DNA of 64,000 nucleotides from Lytechinus pictus (taxonomy: Eukaryota): contig NC_087256.1 of the NCBI RefSeq assembly GCF_037042905.1, positions 12,834,001 to 12,898,000 on the forward strand, read 5' to 3'. The translations under genes were made by a program, and so were the position numbers. This document shows, in pieces, positions 11,634 to 25,200 of this stretch. The notes beneath the pieces were generated by a model, which did no database searches, had not been told where the DNA came from, and was given only the letters and a program-made list of their open reading frames with translations. Every line of letters begins with the position of its first letter. Positions within the stretch are counted from its first letter, which is position 1.

Positions 11634-13173
11634 AACCCTGTTTTTTTTATATGAATGATTAGAAACTTATGGGCAGAAACAAAACCCCAAAAGTGGAAGG
11701 GGATTCAAAACCCTGATTATCCAAAGACTAAGAGCATCCATTTTTCAAGCACATGGCAGCATTATTATACACCTGAAATGTATTTGAGTATGTCTAGTAA
11801 TCAGCACTTCTCAATTAATGGTTTGGGAATCTATTATGTTGGCCATGGGATATCGAATTTAAGTTTTGTTTTATCAAAAAATGTAACATAACAAACGCAA
11901 TTGAAAAAAAAGAATAAAGACTCAAACAATTTAAAAAAATTTGGCAAGCTTGAATTTGGCTCCTACATAGCAATACATGTAGGTGGCATACGTGTAGTGG
12001 ACAGAGGAAACAGTCAACTTATATATTTATAGAAGACTGACTAGATCAAGATGAACTGCATTCTCATTCATATTTCATGTCATACATGGGTCTCAAAATT
12101 CAGAAGCAAAATTAAAAAATTGAGAAGTGCTGAAGATGAATTGTTCATTTGTATAATTTTTGTGTCAGAGAAAATGTTCTAGATAATATATACATGAAAT
12201 TTCTGACCATTGTGTATTTTTTTATATGATCAGAAATCTAATAAAATAATAGATCTTCATAACAATATATTATGATTGACGATGTCATATTTTCCAGTCT
12301 TTGATGTACTACCAGCAGAGATCTTTATGGATTACACAGATGTGTATGTGTGGTTCAATACAGCCATTGTGAAATCCAGGATAAGCCAGTTCGTAGTTCC
12401 TTTCTGCGCATGATCAAAAGATTCTACGAATGATCAGAGAAAGGTCATTTGTACTAAAGTGACATGGTGGTTTAAAATCTAATGAGATAAGCACCAACTT
12501 TGATGTCTTGATTATTCATATATTCTTTTGAATTGTGGTTTTCATTTACATCCACAAAAAGCAACAATGCGTCCACGAACTACTGGTATTTCACAGTTTG
12601 CCAAGTACATTGTGCAACATGCTATGATATGCATTCAAAGTAGGAATGCAACAAATACCTTCATAAAGTGTTCATTTAAGTGCTATTCTAGTCACCTGAT
12701 CTATTCAATTTCTTCATCCTGCTATGTAAGGCAAGCTTACGTAATATCTTGCTTTGAAATCTGCCTATCATAATGAAAGAAATGAAATGTCATTTGACCA
12801 AAATTGTCCAGAAGTAACTACGAACTGGTCTATTACTTTCCATTGGTATCGTTTTGATATGGATAAAAATGTTTTCATTGAATTAAGACTTTCTTCAAAG
12901 GAGAATGAAACCCATGAAACCAGCGTTCTTTTTTCATAAAACATTGAAATCAATGAAACTTTGAGAAAACTTAAATAAAACGAGTTTTGAGCATTTTAAT
13001 GTTAGGTTTATTAATGCTAGGGAGATCCTTCCATTGACAAGGTAACCACAAACAACTTCCCCATTACTTTTGTACCTTATTTCACTTATGCTAGGAGTCT
13101 ACTGGGCCGTCGCCACTTTTCGCCAATGAAAAGCGGCTGTGATGCCTAGTGTCGCCAATGAGGTGCCCAGTGG

Positions 13174-13296
13174 CGTGCAGTGGTTCAAACAGCCTCCAAA
13201 GTGGTGCAAAAATTGAATTTGTTGCGCCAATTCATTTTTTTGGCGCCGTTACTCATCACCACGCGCCATTTAGGAGGCAGTTTGAGCAACTGCACG
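13174..13296. repeat. small inverted repeat / MITE remnant
   Basis: gtgcagtggttcaaacagcctcc vs ggaggcagtttgagcaactgcac. Confidence 0.55.
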
Positions 13297-13418
13297 ACTC
13301 TATCTGTAAACAAGAGTAAGCAAATAAAAATAAGAGGAACCCCCATCAATTGATCATTCACAAGAGAAATAGAAACAGTGCATACACAATATCATCCATA
13401 AATGAATCAGTAATACAG

Positions 13419-13424
13419 TTTATT
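13419..13424 (-). terminator. candidate polyadenylation signal of HSPA12
   Basis: AATAAA on the minus strand with T/GT-rich sequence downstream; one of several candidates. Confidence 0.3.
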
Positions 13425-14221
13425 GGATTCTTGATACAACATAAACATGAGGTACATAGATTTCTACAAAATATTGTAAGTTTAACAATAACATACAAAG
13501 CGTTACAAAGTAGTTGAATACAATATATATAACAATAGCTAATTCATATAAGGATGACAAGTAATTACAATGTTAAAAAAGCTGTATATTTACTACAGAT
13601 TAAATTGTAAATTATGAGATTATCTTTGATGCTATTCCAAGCACACTATATTTGAAGAGATACAAATTTGAACTTCTATACATTGATGGATAAAAATAAG
13701 ATAGTAAAGAGTTAAATATATACATACAGGAAGAGCTACAAATAAAGGAAGATAGTAGGCTTATTTATAATTACTGATTAACAGTGTAAAACTATCAAAA
13801 TATTCTACATTAATAAAAAGGGTACTGTTTAAATATCCAAACAATTTAATGACATGCACTGTGACTGATATAATTCGAGGATAATTAACCAGACGCACTC
13901 AGTCAAAAGCCTCAATTGTCAACGAGTCTCTATTCAGAGAAACGCAATATTCGTTTGAAATTCATGTGTGTAGCAGGTATTTCAAATAATTTGGCTGCAT
14001 TTCAATAAAATGAAGAGAGAAAAGGAATTTCACCCAACAGCCATTGTTTTTAAAAAAGAGAGAGAAACCAATTATCCGAAACTTATCCATGTCTAGATAA
14101 AGATAGCTAGGTTACAATTCAGTGGATAAGACACATTACATTTACATAAAAATATTAACTGATGAGTATTATTTGAAATTGATACATGAATTTGTATCAT
14201 TAAATTATTAATCAAACCTGG

Positions 14222-14427
14222 GGGGTGTTTCACAAAGATTTAAGTATGACTTGGACTCGCACTTAAATTCCCGGTTGCGTACGGTATAGAAGACACTACC
14301 TCATTGGTCAGATCATGCACACGAGACACGCATTACCATGTATCCATCAATAAGATTGCGCGTTACATATCATGTCGGCATTTAAGTGCGACTCTTAACT
14401 CATACTTAAATCTTTGTGAAACACCCC
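14222..14427. mobile_element. MITE
   Basis: TIRs ggggtgtttcacaaagatttaagtatga / tcatacttaaatctttgtgaaacacccc. Confidence 0.88.
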
Positions 14428-15712
14428 GTTCTTGTAAATGTCATTTCATTGGAGTATACACGTGTGTGATTATCAAGATTATAACACACCCTCCTCTCTT
14501 TGATTTAAGGGCTTCACCTTACTGTCTGTAATGCCATACAAAGAATGATTATACAAAATGTATAAATTGCACAATGGCAGATTAACCATTATATGAAACA
14601 CAGACACAAAAAAAGAACCAGTATTAAAAAGTAAATGTCACAATTATTGACTGACATGCAAGGAACTAATGATACATACTTTGTTTACAGAGAAATAGAT
14701 AAAAAGCTTTTGGATAAATACACTTACAAAACTACAACATAACCCCCCCTTCAATTTGTTTCGCACCAAATTCCATACCAAATGAGGTATTACACTATTA
14801 AATTCTTAGGGACAACCTTGGTTAAGAAATTTAAAAAAAAAGATGAAAGTAAGTGAAGTACTTCACTACTAACTCCTGAAGAATTTTCTACCAGAGAAAC
14901 TATGGTACATAGTTTAACCATTAAAGTGAAATGCTGGTAGGAACAGCAATCGGCAATCCTCCTTGAAATGAATTGTTTGTCATGCCAAAATTCTTGTGCC
15001 TTTTCCAAATGAGTCTATTTTAAAATGTTAAAATGTAAAAACCTTTGAAAATTCATTAATAAGGGAGTGGGGGTGAGTATGTACTTCACATAAAAGACCT
15101 CTTCCTCATCATATTCCAAATTTTCTTACTTAACTTACACCTGAATTGGAATTACAATGATATTCTACCTTTTTGTTTTGTTTCCGGAATATAACATTTT
15201 ATTTACATATTATAAAATGCAAAATATTATATAAAATGATAACATGGCAAGTTTATACTAAAACTAGAATCAATAATCATTTCATTCATCCTATATATAT
15301 TGTGTTAACAATAATCAATACATGAAATATGTACATATTATCACAAAATACACATTTTGAAACAGGTAGGCACTTATATACACAACTGATATCAAATTAT
15401 GCAGCAGCATTCACATTTAATTGAGTATTTTTTTCCTATTATTCTCAAATATTTCTCTCTTTTTTTTTGGGGGGGGGGGACTCCACTTTTAACATGGAAG
15501 ACAGAGTCTACATCAAAAGCAATTTTATTCAAAAAAGAGAATTTTGAGAAAAAAAATAGATGTAGCACTGACAATTTCAGGTCAGTTGGATGTAATATTT
15601 CCCATTTTTTTCTTTTGCAGAGTCAATCAAATTGAAATGTCACAAAATGAAATGATGAAAAGAGAGTGTGACATATCCGTTATCGTCTCCCTCATTTTTC
15701 ATACAAACATAA

Positions 15713-16017
15713 TGGCCCGTATTCTGAAGTCAGGTTTAACTTAGACCATGGTCTAACTCTGTGCTAGAATTATGGGAGCCAAAATTCTCTTTATATTGTA
15801 TATTTCTTATATGTACTATATTGTTTCCCTTTGCTTTTATAATGAAGAAAACATTTCAGATATCATTGTGAGACAGTTATAAATAATTTGAGTGTCATAA
15901 GAGTTAATAAACTGAACATGTACTAATCGAGATTTGTGCCCCAATTGGCTCTCTATAGTTAAACTATAACATTAAACCAGGCCCTTTAATTTAAACCCGA
16001 GTTCAGAATTCAGGCCA
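15713..16017. mobile_element. MITE
   Basis: TIRs tggcccgtattctgaagtcaggtttaa / ttaaacccgagttcagaattcaggcca. Confidence 0.78.
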
Positions 16018-16997
16018 CTGTGTATCACCATTATCAGGAAAAAAATTAAAAACTTAAAAATGCCAAAACTTTTATCATTTTTATGAAATATGTGTTGGGA
16101 TGGATTTGGCCTTCAAAGATTGTCTTTAAGATTATTTACAAATTTGATTTCTTTAAAAGACAAAAAAAAAAGCAAAAGCTATGAGGGTCAATTGACAATA
16201 TAGAAATCATTTCATTAGCAGGCAACACATCTTCAATGAATTTGATACACCTGTATAATATCACTGTGAATAAAGAACATGTAATATTTACATTTATTTC
16301 AAAACAATAAACATAACAAATATGCCTGAGATACAGAGTGTATAGATAAATAATAAATACAACATGCAATGGCATAAAACAAATAACTGACATTTCAAGA
16401 GAAAACGGGCAAACTTTGGTTACGTGAGTTGGTAGCAAATATTTTAAGAGGCAAGACGGTGGAATGCATAGATTAGTATTGGAATCCCACAGAGGTTATT
16501 TCATTTGAGCGGAAGATTTCATAGAAGACACTTTACTTGCATCAGAATCAGATGCTATAAAAGGAGCACTACATTTAACATGGCAAGACCTACTGGTGTG
16601 CGAGGAATGGCATTCCTATTTCAATACTGAATGTAAATAGATGGTAAAAACTGGAAGAAATTCATTGCAACATTAAACATAAGACACTGAGATCAAGTTT
16701 AACACCAATTATCCTATTAGGCATTCACATACTACTATGTTGATTTAGAACAGCAGGCAAATTGCTTAATTTTGATAGTCAATTCATTTTGGAGAATATT
16801 GTATACCCTTTCATAAGTGAACTGCAAAGAGTATTCCTATTGGTGCACTCTGTATTAAATACGTACCCAGAGTTCTATTTCCAGGATGGCCCTTAACATT
16901 ATTTCGCCAAAGTTATTTAACATTACAGAAGCACCATGAACTGAAGAATATATATATATTTATATACAATTATAAAGTCCAGTTTTCTCAGTCCTGT

Positions 16998-17710
16998 TCA
17001 CTTATTCAAGAAGTCAATGCTTGACTTGACACACTTTCCTGTCGGGACATCAAGAGCGCTGACTTTGATTTCTGTATCACCATACTGCATGGTGAGTTGA
17101 AGCTCTCTTCTACCCTTCATACCACTATACTGTGAATCGCTTACATCGATGTGAAGGGTTCCACACTTACGAACGCCTTCATCCGTGATGAATCTCACAT
17201 TTTCCCTGTCACTGCAGTAGATGTTGATGATGATCGCCTGTTGGGATGGCTTAGCCGGTGTGTAGCTTCGTGTTACTTTGTCCCCGACGGCCACAGACTC
17301 ATCAGCCTGGACGAATGTATCAAAGATGTCCTTGCACCAGTCAACGTTGTCTTTGGTCACCTTCTTGTCATCAGGGTGTTTGCCAGCTTGGAATTTGTTG
17401 AGGACACCGACTCCGTAGGTGAGCCTCGAGCGCCTTACCCGAACCGCTGAGGGATCCAAGCCGAACAGGACAGCCCCTTTCAAGATGGAGAGACCCAGGT
17501 CACGAGGGATGATGATCCTCAGCTGGCTACTGAACTTCTTGCGGATGGCACTCTGCAAGAGAGCTGACTGGGCAAATCCACCCACGACAAAGAGATAAGA
17601 GATTCCAGTCAGGCTCGGTGAGCTAAGTACCTCCTCCACACCGGTGATGAGCCTATCCACTGTGGAAGCGAACAGCCGTTGCATACCCTCAGGTGTGAAC
17701 CGCAGCATAC
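16998..17710 (-). CDS. HSPA12A: HSPA12 (heat shock 70 kDa protein 12A/B-like) last coding exon
   Basis: ttccag|GT ATG CTG; LFVVGGFAQS, ILKGAVLFGLDP, VRRSRLTYGVGVL, C-terminal GDTEIKVSALD...SIDFLNK*; A vs B orthology cannot be resolved. Confidence 0.93.
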
Positions 17711-19560
17711 CTGGAACTCCAAGAGCGGAACACAATGAGACAAGAGAGAAGAGGAGGGTGGCATGTTAGGATGAAAGCATGGTTAATGGGTCAGTGCGGA
17801 AGCTGGAGATGTCAAATGTGTTTGCATGATATGATATGACATGCGCTCTGAGAAATGGCAGATGGGTGTTCATGTGTAAAATGTGTGATAATTCAAGGTA
17901 TGTACCAGGTTTTAAAAAAAAATGAAAATAAAATCATATTAAAACATACTGCACATATATTCTCCAAGATGTGTCATTTTCATCCTATGTATTGAATTTA
18001 ACTCTTTCCCCCTAATATGTAAAAGAATTTTACATAAAGAACTTTATGTACAGTATATGAATGATAAAATATTATTTGGGAACCATCATAATTCACAAGG
18101 TGAAGTGTAAGCAAAGGAACATAGCGCACTTTATATCTGTCTTACAACTTGACTTCACAGCTATAGCCTTTAATTGAGCCTTTGATAGTGAACGACATGG
18201 AAAGAGATAAGAGTAGGTTTAAATATAAAACAACCCCCCCCCCTCCGGTATATGAATGAAACATGGGTGATTGAATATATTTTCATTGACATATACACTG
18301 GTATTGCATAACATGTAATGGAGCAAAATAACCTGTGAAATTATTGATTTCATTGTTCATAGAAAATTACATGGAGTGACAATATATATTCAATTCTAAT
18401 AATGAAATATGGGCGACCAGATGTATATGTATATGGATACTGGCAGCATGTGGAAATAGATTGTTTTGTATAAGCCACTATATGTATGTTTAATGCAACG
18501 AAACAGTAATATGTCACAGTAATAAGCTCAAATCAAATTAGAGCACACAAATATAAAGTCATTCAGTACAGTATTTTAGTCCCTATGCTGAAACAACATT
18601 CAATTCAAATAACAGCAAGAAAAAAAAAAAAGAAAAAAAAAACATGCGTAAAGCCCAATAACATTGATAGGAGTGAATCTGAAAATATATATGTTTACAA
18701 CTATGTAATGCAAGTTATAGGTGCTAAAATGATGCTTGCATTGATAAATGTACATTTAAATATCATTATAAAAAATAAAAGGTACTTAACAGAATTAAAT
18801 TTCTATGTAATTTTACTTTTCAAAATAAACAAAATAGAATAAAAACATCGGTGGCTTTTCAGCCAATCAATATCAAATAAATGAAAAATGGTGATGAAAT
18901 TTGCCTCCCTGAACATCGATTCACAATGTTGCGGATCGATACCCCATATCTTGCTTGAGGGCAAACTAGTTACTTATTCATCCACTTCATATTTGTTTTT
19001 TCTGTACAAGAGGTAACTCTAAATATATCAGTAAATATCAAATATCATTTGGTGGGGCAATACAAGCCTGTCTTTTTAAAGCCGTCATCTTTTCAGAAGA
19101 GCTCAAAGAATTGTCTGCAATAACATTGCGATTATTCACCAGGTGTCATATCGCATGGACAAGAGACAATATCTCAAAATTCGTCTATATTGAATCACAT
19201 ACTTAATTTGACCAGTTGTGTATCAATTTTAAGCTTCGGACCTGCTTCTACAAACTACAAAAATAACAATTAATTGTATCTGACTAATTGGCCCGTGGGT
19301 TTCAATTGTATCATGGTACAAAATCATGGATAATGCAGATTTTTTACATAATAATACTTATTTCATTGCGTACCGTAAGAAAAATCAAATTAAATGCACC
19401 TTTTTTTCAAAGGGCGCATAAAGGGAACTGCAATGATACAAAAAATCTGCATAATCCTTGGTTTTGTACATGATAAAATTGAATCTTCTTTTGAGAATAC
19501 GAACCATTGTGTCTTTTGAGCAGGGCAGTCATATTTATGCCTGTCAAGAGAATAACCTAC

Positions 19561-19762
19561 CTTGCGCCGACCATGTGACATCTTTGAAGTTGTATTTCCT
19601 AACGGCATCTTCCATCTGTTTTCCATTGGTGTATTTCTTGTAGTAGTCGATGAATGAGAAAGGAAGCGACACGTTGAGGGGGTTGTTCTTCCAGGGGCTC
19701 GCGTTTCGCTTGCGAGCCTCGAAAGCAATCATCAGGTCCACCCATCCTGCTGGTCTCTTCAC
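19561..19762 (-). CDS. HSPA12A: HSPA12 internal exon
   Basis: ttcag|GTG...CAA G|gtagg; VKRPAGWVDLMIAFEARKR...LNVSLPFSFIDYYKK...VTWSAQG. Confidence 0.93.
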
Positions 19763-19859
19763 CTGAAATTAAAAATTCCATATTTTGTATAATGACATAC
19801 AAAAGAAACAGTGAGTTGTTGATGTCGATAGTCCAGTCCCCTCCTTTGCATACTGTGCA

Positions 19860-20042
19860 GGTGGGCGTTTCATAAAGCAACTTTTAAGTTACGAGCGACT
19901 TTATAAACGACTGGTGATCCTTTCTTGTGGCAGATGATACACACCAGATTTTCTATTGGCACTGCTTTAGTTCCTAACAAAGGTTCACCAGTCATTCGTA
20001 AAGTCGCTTGTAACTTACGAACAGCTTTATGAAACACCCACC
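19860..20042. mobile_element. MITE
   Basis: TIRs ggtgggcgtttcataaagc...taagttacgagcgacttta / taaagtcgcttgtaactta...gctttatgaaacacccacc. Confidence 0.85.
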
Positions 20043-20214
20043 AAGATGTGCACAATACCATTTGTGCTGTTAAGCGAAGATTCAAATTGTCATAACTTTC
20101 TTATTTGAATATTGATAGAATTTCGGTTTCAGAATTATTCACAACAATGCAAAATAACATTTGTTGGGGTGATTTGGTCTTCAATAATTAGGTGAAACAG
20201 ATGAGGCAAACAAT

Positions 20215-20872
20215 GGGTCAGATGCATAAAAAGTAGCAATTGCTGGTAAGCACAAGATCATGCTTCAGCAATTGCGTTATTTCATATGCATAACCCCTTG
20301 CTAATGCTTGAACCCTTTTCTTGCCTTCAGAAAGCAATTGCTAGCAGTTTGAACAATAGTGACGTCCCACTGGTGCGAACAAGACTCACAGAAAAGGCAG
20401 GACTCGAACGCAAAGGTGTGGCAGTGCAAATTACCGCTTCTTTCATATAACATCTCTCCTCAGATGTGGTGTCAAACTAACTTGTTTCTTTTTGATAAAT
20501 TTATATATGTGGCATTTGGTTTGCACTTATTAGAAAGAAAACAAGTACATATAGGCTACGGTACACCTTGGGGTTCTCTCTCAAGTGCATAAACATGATT
20601 AAAAACGTGAATACCCTGATCAAGCAAACGCTCAAGCTGCTCTGATGGAGCTTGGAAAAACCTAAGCAAGTGCTTAAACGCACAAGCGAAATGCTCGCTT
20701 TATGCATATGCTTTTTAGAGCAATAGCTTAACCATCAAGGAAATGCTAGCAGTCAGTTAGCCATTGCTTGAACTGAACTTACTAGCAAAAGCATTTGCTC
20801 GTTCATTTTTATGCATACGGAATCAAGCAAAAGCCTATCAAATGCAATTGCCACTTTGTATGCATCTGACCC
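20215..20872. mobile_element. MITE
   Basis: TIRs gggtcagatgcataaaaagtagcaattgc / gcaattgccactttgtatgcatctgaccc; internal tgcttgaac/caagca repeats. Confidence 0.8.
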
Positions 20873-20916
20873 TATCTATATCTTGAATTCCTCTTTTGAG
20901 AATGAGGCAAACAAAC

Positions 20917-21110
20917 CTTGAATTCCTCGATGAAGTCTTGACCAAAGATGTCTGTGAGGAGTTGTTCAAACTCTTGGTCGATGCTGACTGAGCCATACCT
21001 TCCTCCAGCAGCCTTGTGAAGTTCTTTGAGGGTACCAAGTCCTTCCTCCACCTCATGGACAGTGATATCAACAGTGCCTCCTCCACAGTCTACCACCATG
21101 TATCGAGTAC
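20917..21110 (-). CDS. HSPA12A: HSPA12 internal exon
   Basis: ccag|GT ACT...AAG|gtttgt; [18 protein letters not shown] (Hsp70 phosphate-2 motif). Confidence 0.94.
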
Positions 21111-21634
21111 CTGGTAACATACAATTAGACATTATTTTTAGTGTTCATAAGAATTTACTAAATAAATATTCTAAAATTTGAATATGAATAATTACCAGGT
21201 ATAAAGCTATGTTTTTTAAATGGTACATTTTCATCAGTTTTTCTGTTATGTTGTCCTGTCTTTTATTGTATACTGTACTGATGAATATTTTTTATTTTGT
21301 CTGAAATTGTCCCCCCTAAAAAAGGAAAATAAAATAATCATAAAATATTGATTTTCAGATTTGTGGGGAGAAGGGATTTCACATTAAAGACATGATTATT
21401 AAACAACAGCTTGAAAGAAATCGCTACATTCTTGCAGGTCATTTCTAAGCATTACTTAAGCCACAATGCAGTGTATATATTCTTTAAAAAAAATATTGTG
21501 ACTTGTTAGTAATCAAGAAAAGAAAAGGTTTGCAAATTTCTTAAACCATCAGTACATGCCCCGTACAAGTTATATCTGAATACAAGATGAAGTTGAAGAA
21601 ATTATAAAGTGGTTAAAAGTGAGAAGAAACCTGA

Positions 21635-21846
21635 GGGCAGTTTCACAAGAAGTGTGACTTAAACCCCTTTCCCATCGACACTGTACTTAAAATTGTTGTA
21701 CCCTTTCCAATCTGGAGTTAGGATAGCCTGCGCCAGACCTAAACAATGTCTTTGCCTGGTCAAAGAGCTATAGGTAGGAATAGGGTGTTGAGGTCACATC
21801 TATGTGTAACTACCACAATTTAAGAGCAACTCCTTGTGAAACAGCC
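21635..21846. mobile_element. degenerate MITE
   Basis: ggcagtttcacaagaagt / actccttgtgaaacagcc. Confidence 0.6.
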
Positions 21847-23573
21847 TAAACATTGTGGCGCCGTCATATTACTCATACAGCGTGTCAAAAACAGCCATTT
21901 TAACATTTTTTGTACCAGCTACATATAGGTGGTTTGAATAAAACAGCTGTTTTAGACTTGCTGTACGGCCGTTGTAGGGGGAAATTCAGCATAAGAGCCA
22001 TAACAAATGAAATCGCACTGTACAATTCATAAGTCCCCCTCTACACCAGCATAGACTTCATTTCTTATCATTCAAACATGAAAAAAAGAAATCAAACCAG
22101 AAGTGAAATAAGTGAACACAGTATGTGCAGAATACAAGTTATTAAACCAGTGCTGAGAAAGGAAAGTGAGACCACTGCACCACAAAATGTTTTGTTTGTT
22201 AATAATGCCTCCACCCAATCACAATATCTCATTTACCAATAATAACAATCAGAAGACATGTTCATATCAAGCTGCAATGTCTATAAGTGGAAAATACAAA
22301 ATAAAAACATATTTAGTGTTCACATACTTTGAAAATTCTCTTTTATCTGTTCTAATGTGAACAAAATAGAATCGTTACATGATATAAATGCTAGATTTAG
22401 TACAGTGTACTTTTTAAAAAATATGGAAAAGAGGTAAAATTCAACTGGTAAGAGACCATTCATCAACTATGAAATGGTCCGAGAATGGAGCTTTTGAACT
22501 TGATAAAAAAAAAGAAGACATTCAACCAAGTACTAAAACATTGTTTGAATAGTTTGTATTGAAATGAATGGATTGGGGGAGCGGTGGCAGGCTATAAAAG
22601 GGTCCAGAGTTAAGAGGCTACTTCATATTGAAATTTAATCCCTTAGGTGTAAAACAATACAACATTTTCTTCCAATATTTCATGTCACTTTAAATATGCA
22701 AAGGGGAGAAAGTAGACATTTATGGTTTAAACCCTTGGCTCTCATCTCGGAGGATCATGCCTCACATCCTCTCATTTTTTTACCCATTTCCTTTTCCTTC
22801 CCTAGCAACACATTGGGCTCCATGATAAACCATTTCCATCTTTATAGTATTACTGAATCATTTCTGAGACACATGAGTCATGTTGTATCATAGCGCTAAG
22901 CTGTCATTCATATTGGCACTGGTTTTAATGTCAAGCTCAAACAATTTTTGCATTGTTTTGTTTTCAAATAGCATTCTTCTTTTCACAAATTTTGTACAGA
23001 GACCATATTTCAGAAGAATCTGTCATAGAATAAGAGGTTCATCTCATTAATACATATTCCCCAGTCTGAGCTACATTGTACATGTATATTAGAATCTTAA
23101 TTAACCATCCTTTAATTCCCTGCTCCTGGTTTTTTTTTCCCATGTCATCACTACAATTATATGTTACTCTCTTGGGATAAAGAGACTGGCATATGAATGT
23201 TGAAGTGTGAGTGATCTTGCATTTCTATGTGGAACATTTGCATCATTAGGGAATGTTCTTCCTTCAGGGTGGGTTTCAAATATCAGAAGAAAAAATAAGG
23301 AACAACACAAAACCATAAAACAAATCCAGGTGGTGTACTTGCCAGTTCACACACAGGTTTTTAGTTTATTTTCATTCAAGTAAATTAATTAATATCAAGG
23401 CCTGCATCATTTGCACCTGTTAGATTAGATAATCGTAGTTTTGACTGCAGTTTTTTTTTTTTAATCTGATCAAAGTATGATGAGCGAGAGTACAAACTGA
23501 AATAATTTCATTAGCTAAGAACCCTACTGTAATAACCTAGCATCATTATCATTATTATCATCAACACCACCAC

Positions 23574-23761
23574 NNNNNNNNNNNNNNNNNNNNNNNNNNN
23601 NNNNNNNNNNNNNNNNNNNNNNNNNNNNNNNNNNNNNNNNNNNNNNNNNNNNNNNNNNNNNNNNNNNNNNNNNNNNNNNNNNNNNNNNNNNNNNNNNNNN
23701 NNNNNNNNNNNNNNNNNNNNNNNNNNNNNNNNNNNNNNNNNNNNNNNNNNNNNNNNNNNNN
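23574..23761. other. assembly gap (N run) next to a CAT/CAC microsatellite
   Basis: run of n. Confidence 0.99.
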
Positions 23762-23767
23762 CCTTAC

Positions 23768-23963
23768 CATGTCTGATGCTCTCTGAGACCTGCGAGTTGG
23801 ACTTGGTGATTTTTCCTGTGCTACTCCTGAGCCACTTCTGTCTTTGTGATTGGTGCTCTGGTGCTAGTTCTCTCAGACGTAGTTTCCTGATGTAGATGGA
23901 TGCTGCTTCTGGTTCCAATGCTATCAGCAGCTGATCAGGTCGGGATGGTGATGCTAGACCAGC
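23768..23963 (-). CDS. HSPA12A: HSPA12 internal exon
   Basis: ttag|GCT...CAT G|gtaag; AGLASPSRPDQLLIALEPEAASIYIRKLRL. Confidence 0.93.
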
Positions 23964-24501
23964 CTAAACAAGCAGCAGGTACATAAATGAAGGATATTTA
24001 GGCTTGACTGTAAATGTTTGCCCATGATTCTTTACTTCATCATAAAATGCTCTTCTTCAATTTTACCATTTTGCCATCGGGACTTTATTCTGAACAGGCA
24101 GTTGGGAATACATCATAATCGAGTAACAAATAAACTATTGTACAAACCTTTTTCCTTCCCTTTTTGTCTGAGATGAGCGCATATGGTTTGTAAAATTAGT
24201 TTGATCATAGTAAGGGTTTTGAAAAATAGATGGTTTCAAACTTCAGTTAGTGAGAAAAAGTGAGTTTGAAAACATTTCCAGGAAATAGGAATACCTGCTG
24301 TATGTCAAAATTGATCTTATCTCATTTATTATCACATCATTGTTGATTGCTGGGCCCAATACTAACATAAAATTAAAAAAATACAAAATAATCAATTGTA
24401 ATTGTCCCCCAAAACAACCTTACATAATGAACGTGGGAGAGCAAACGAGGGAAGCGTAGTTGCACAAAGGTACCTCTTTGGGTGATACAGGTATGACTTA
24501 C

Positions 24502-24726
24502 TTTGTAAGCAGCTTGTCTCATGAACTGCTTGGCGGGTTGTTTCCAGATTGCAGGGACTGTCAAGACCCATCTGATATCCCTTGGATCCACCTCACCGTC
24601 CATAGACTGATCACATAGTTCATCAATAGCATGGTCATGGAAGAAACGCAAGGAGTGCTCAAAGACAGTAGCAGCTGGGAAACTCTTGCCATTGGCAGCC
24701 TTGATCTCCGTCTTCAAGTTCAGGTT
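24502..24726 (-). CDS. HSPA12A: HSPA12 internal exon
   Basis: ttag|AAC...AAA|gtaagt; IKAANGK...[25 protein letters not shown]. Confidence 0.94.
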
Positions 24727-24868
24727 CTAAGTGAAGGAAGATCATTTATGAGAAATAAATACTACTAGTATACGAGGCGGTATAATGGTTACTTTGGTAA
24801 CTGAAAACATGTTTCAAATGCACTGGCCTGATAATGCACCATGTTAAAAGTCTGTGCTGTGTCTTTAA

Positions 24869-25200
24869 AGGGGAAGTTCACCCTGACAAAAAAATTATTG
24901 TAAAAATAGCAGAAAAATAATAAAAAAATATTGCAGAAGGTTTGAGAAAAATCCATCAAACAATAAAAAAGTTAATAGAATTTTAATTGTTTGATTTGTG
25001 ACGTCATATGCGAGCAGCTTTCCTACATATCGTATGGTAAAAAATCAATGAAATGTCATTTTCTCAGAAAATGGTTTTTACTGTACTTCAGTAAAACAAT
25101 AGACAAATCATTTCACACCTCTTACTAAAAAGAAAACAAAATTAAGTCATCAAGAACCATTAAAAAAAAATTGATTTATGCATTTTATATTACATAATGA
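24869..25200. mobile_element. left portion of a Kolobok-like (TTAA|AGG) non-autonomous element
   Basis: ttaaaggggaagttcaccctgac start; matching right end not adjacent. Confidence 0.5.

Noticed and set aside
17711-17735. Start of the 245-aa ORF as a stand-alone gene
   Set aside because: It is the last HSPA12 exon plus intron bases
23511-23770. ORFs containing X runs
   Set aside because: Created by the assembly gap
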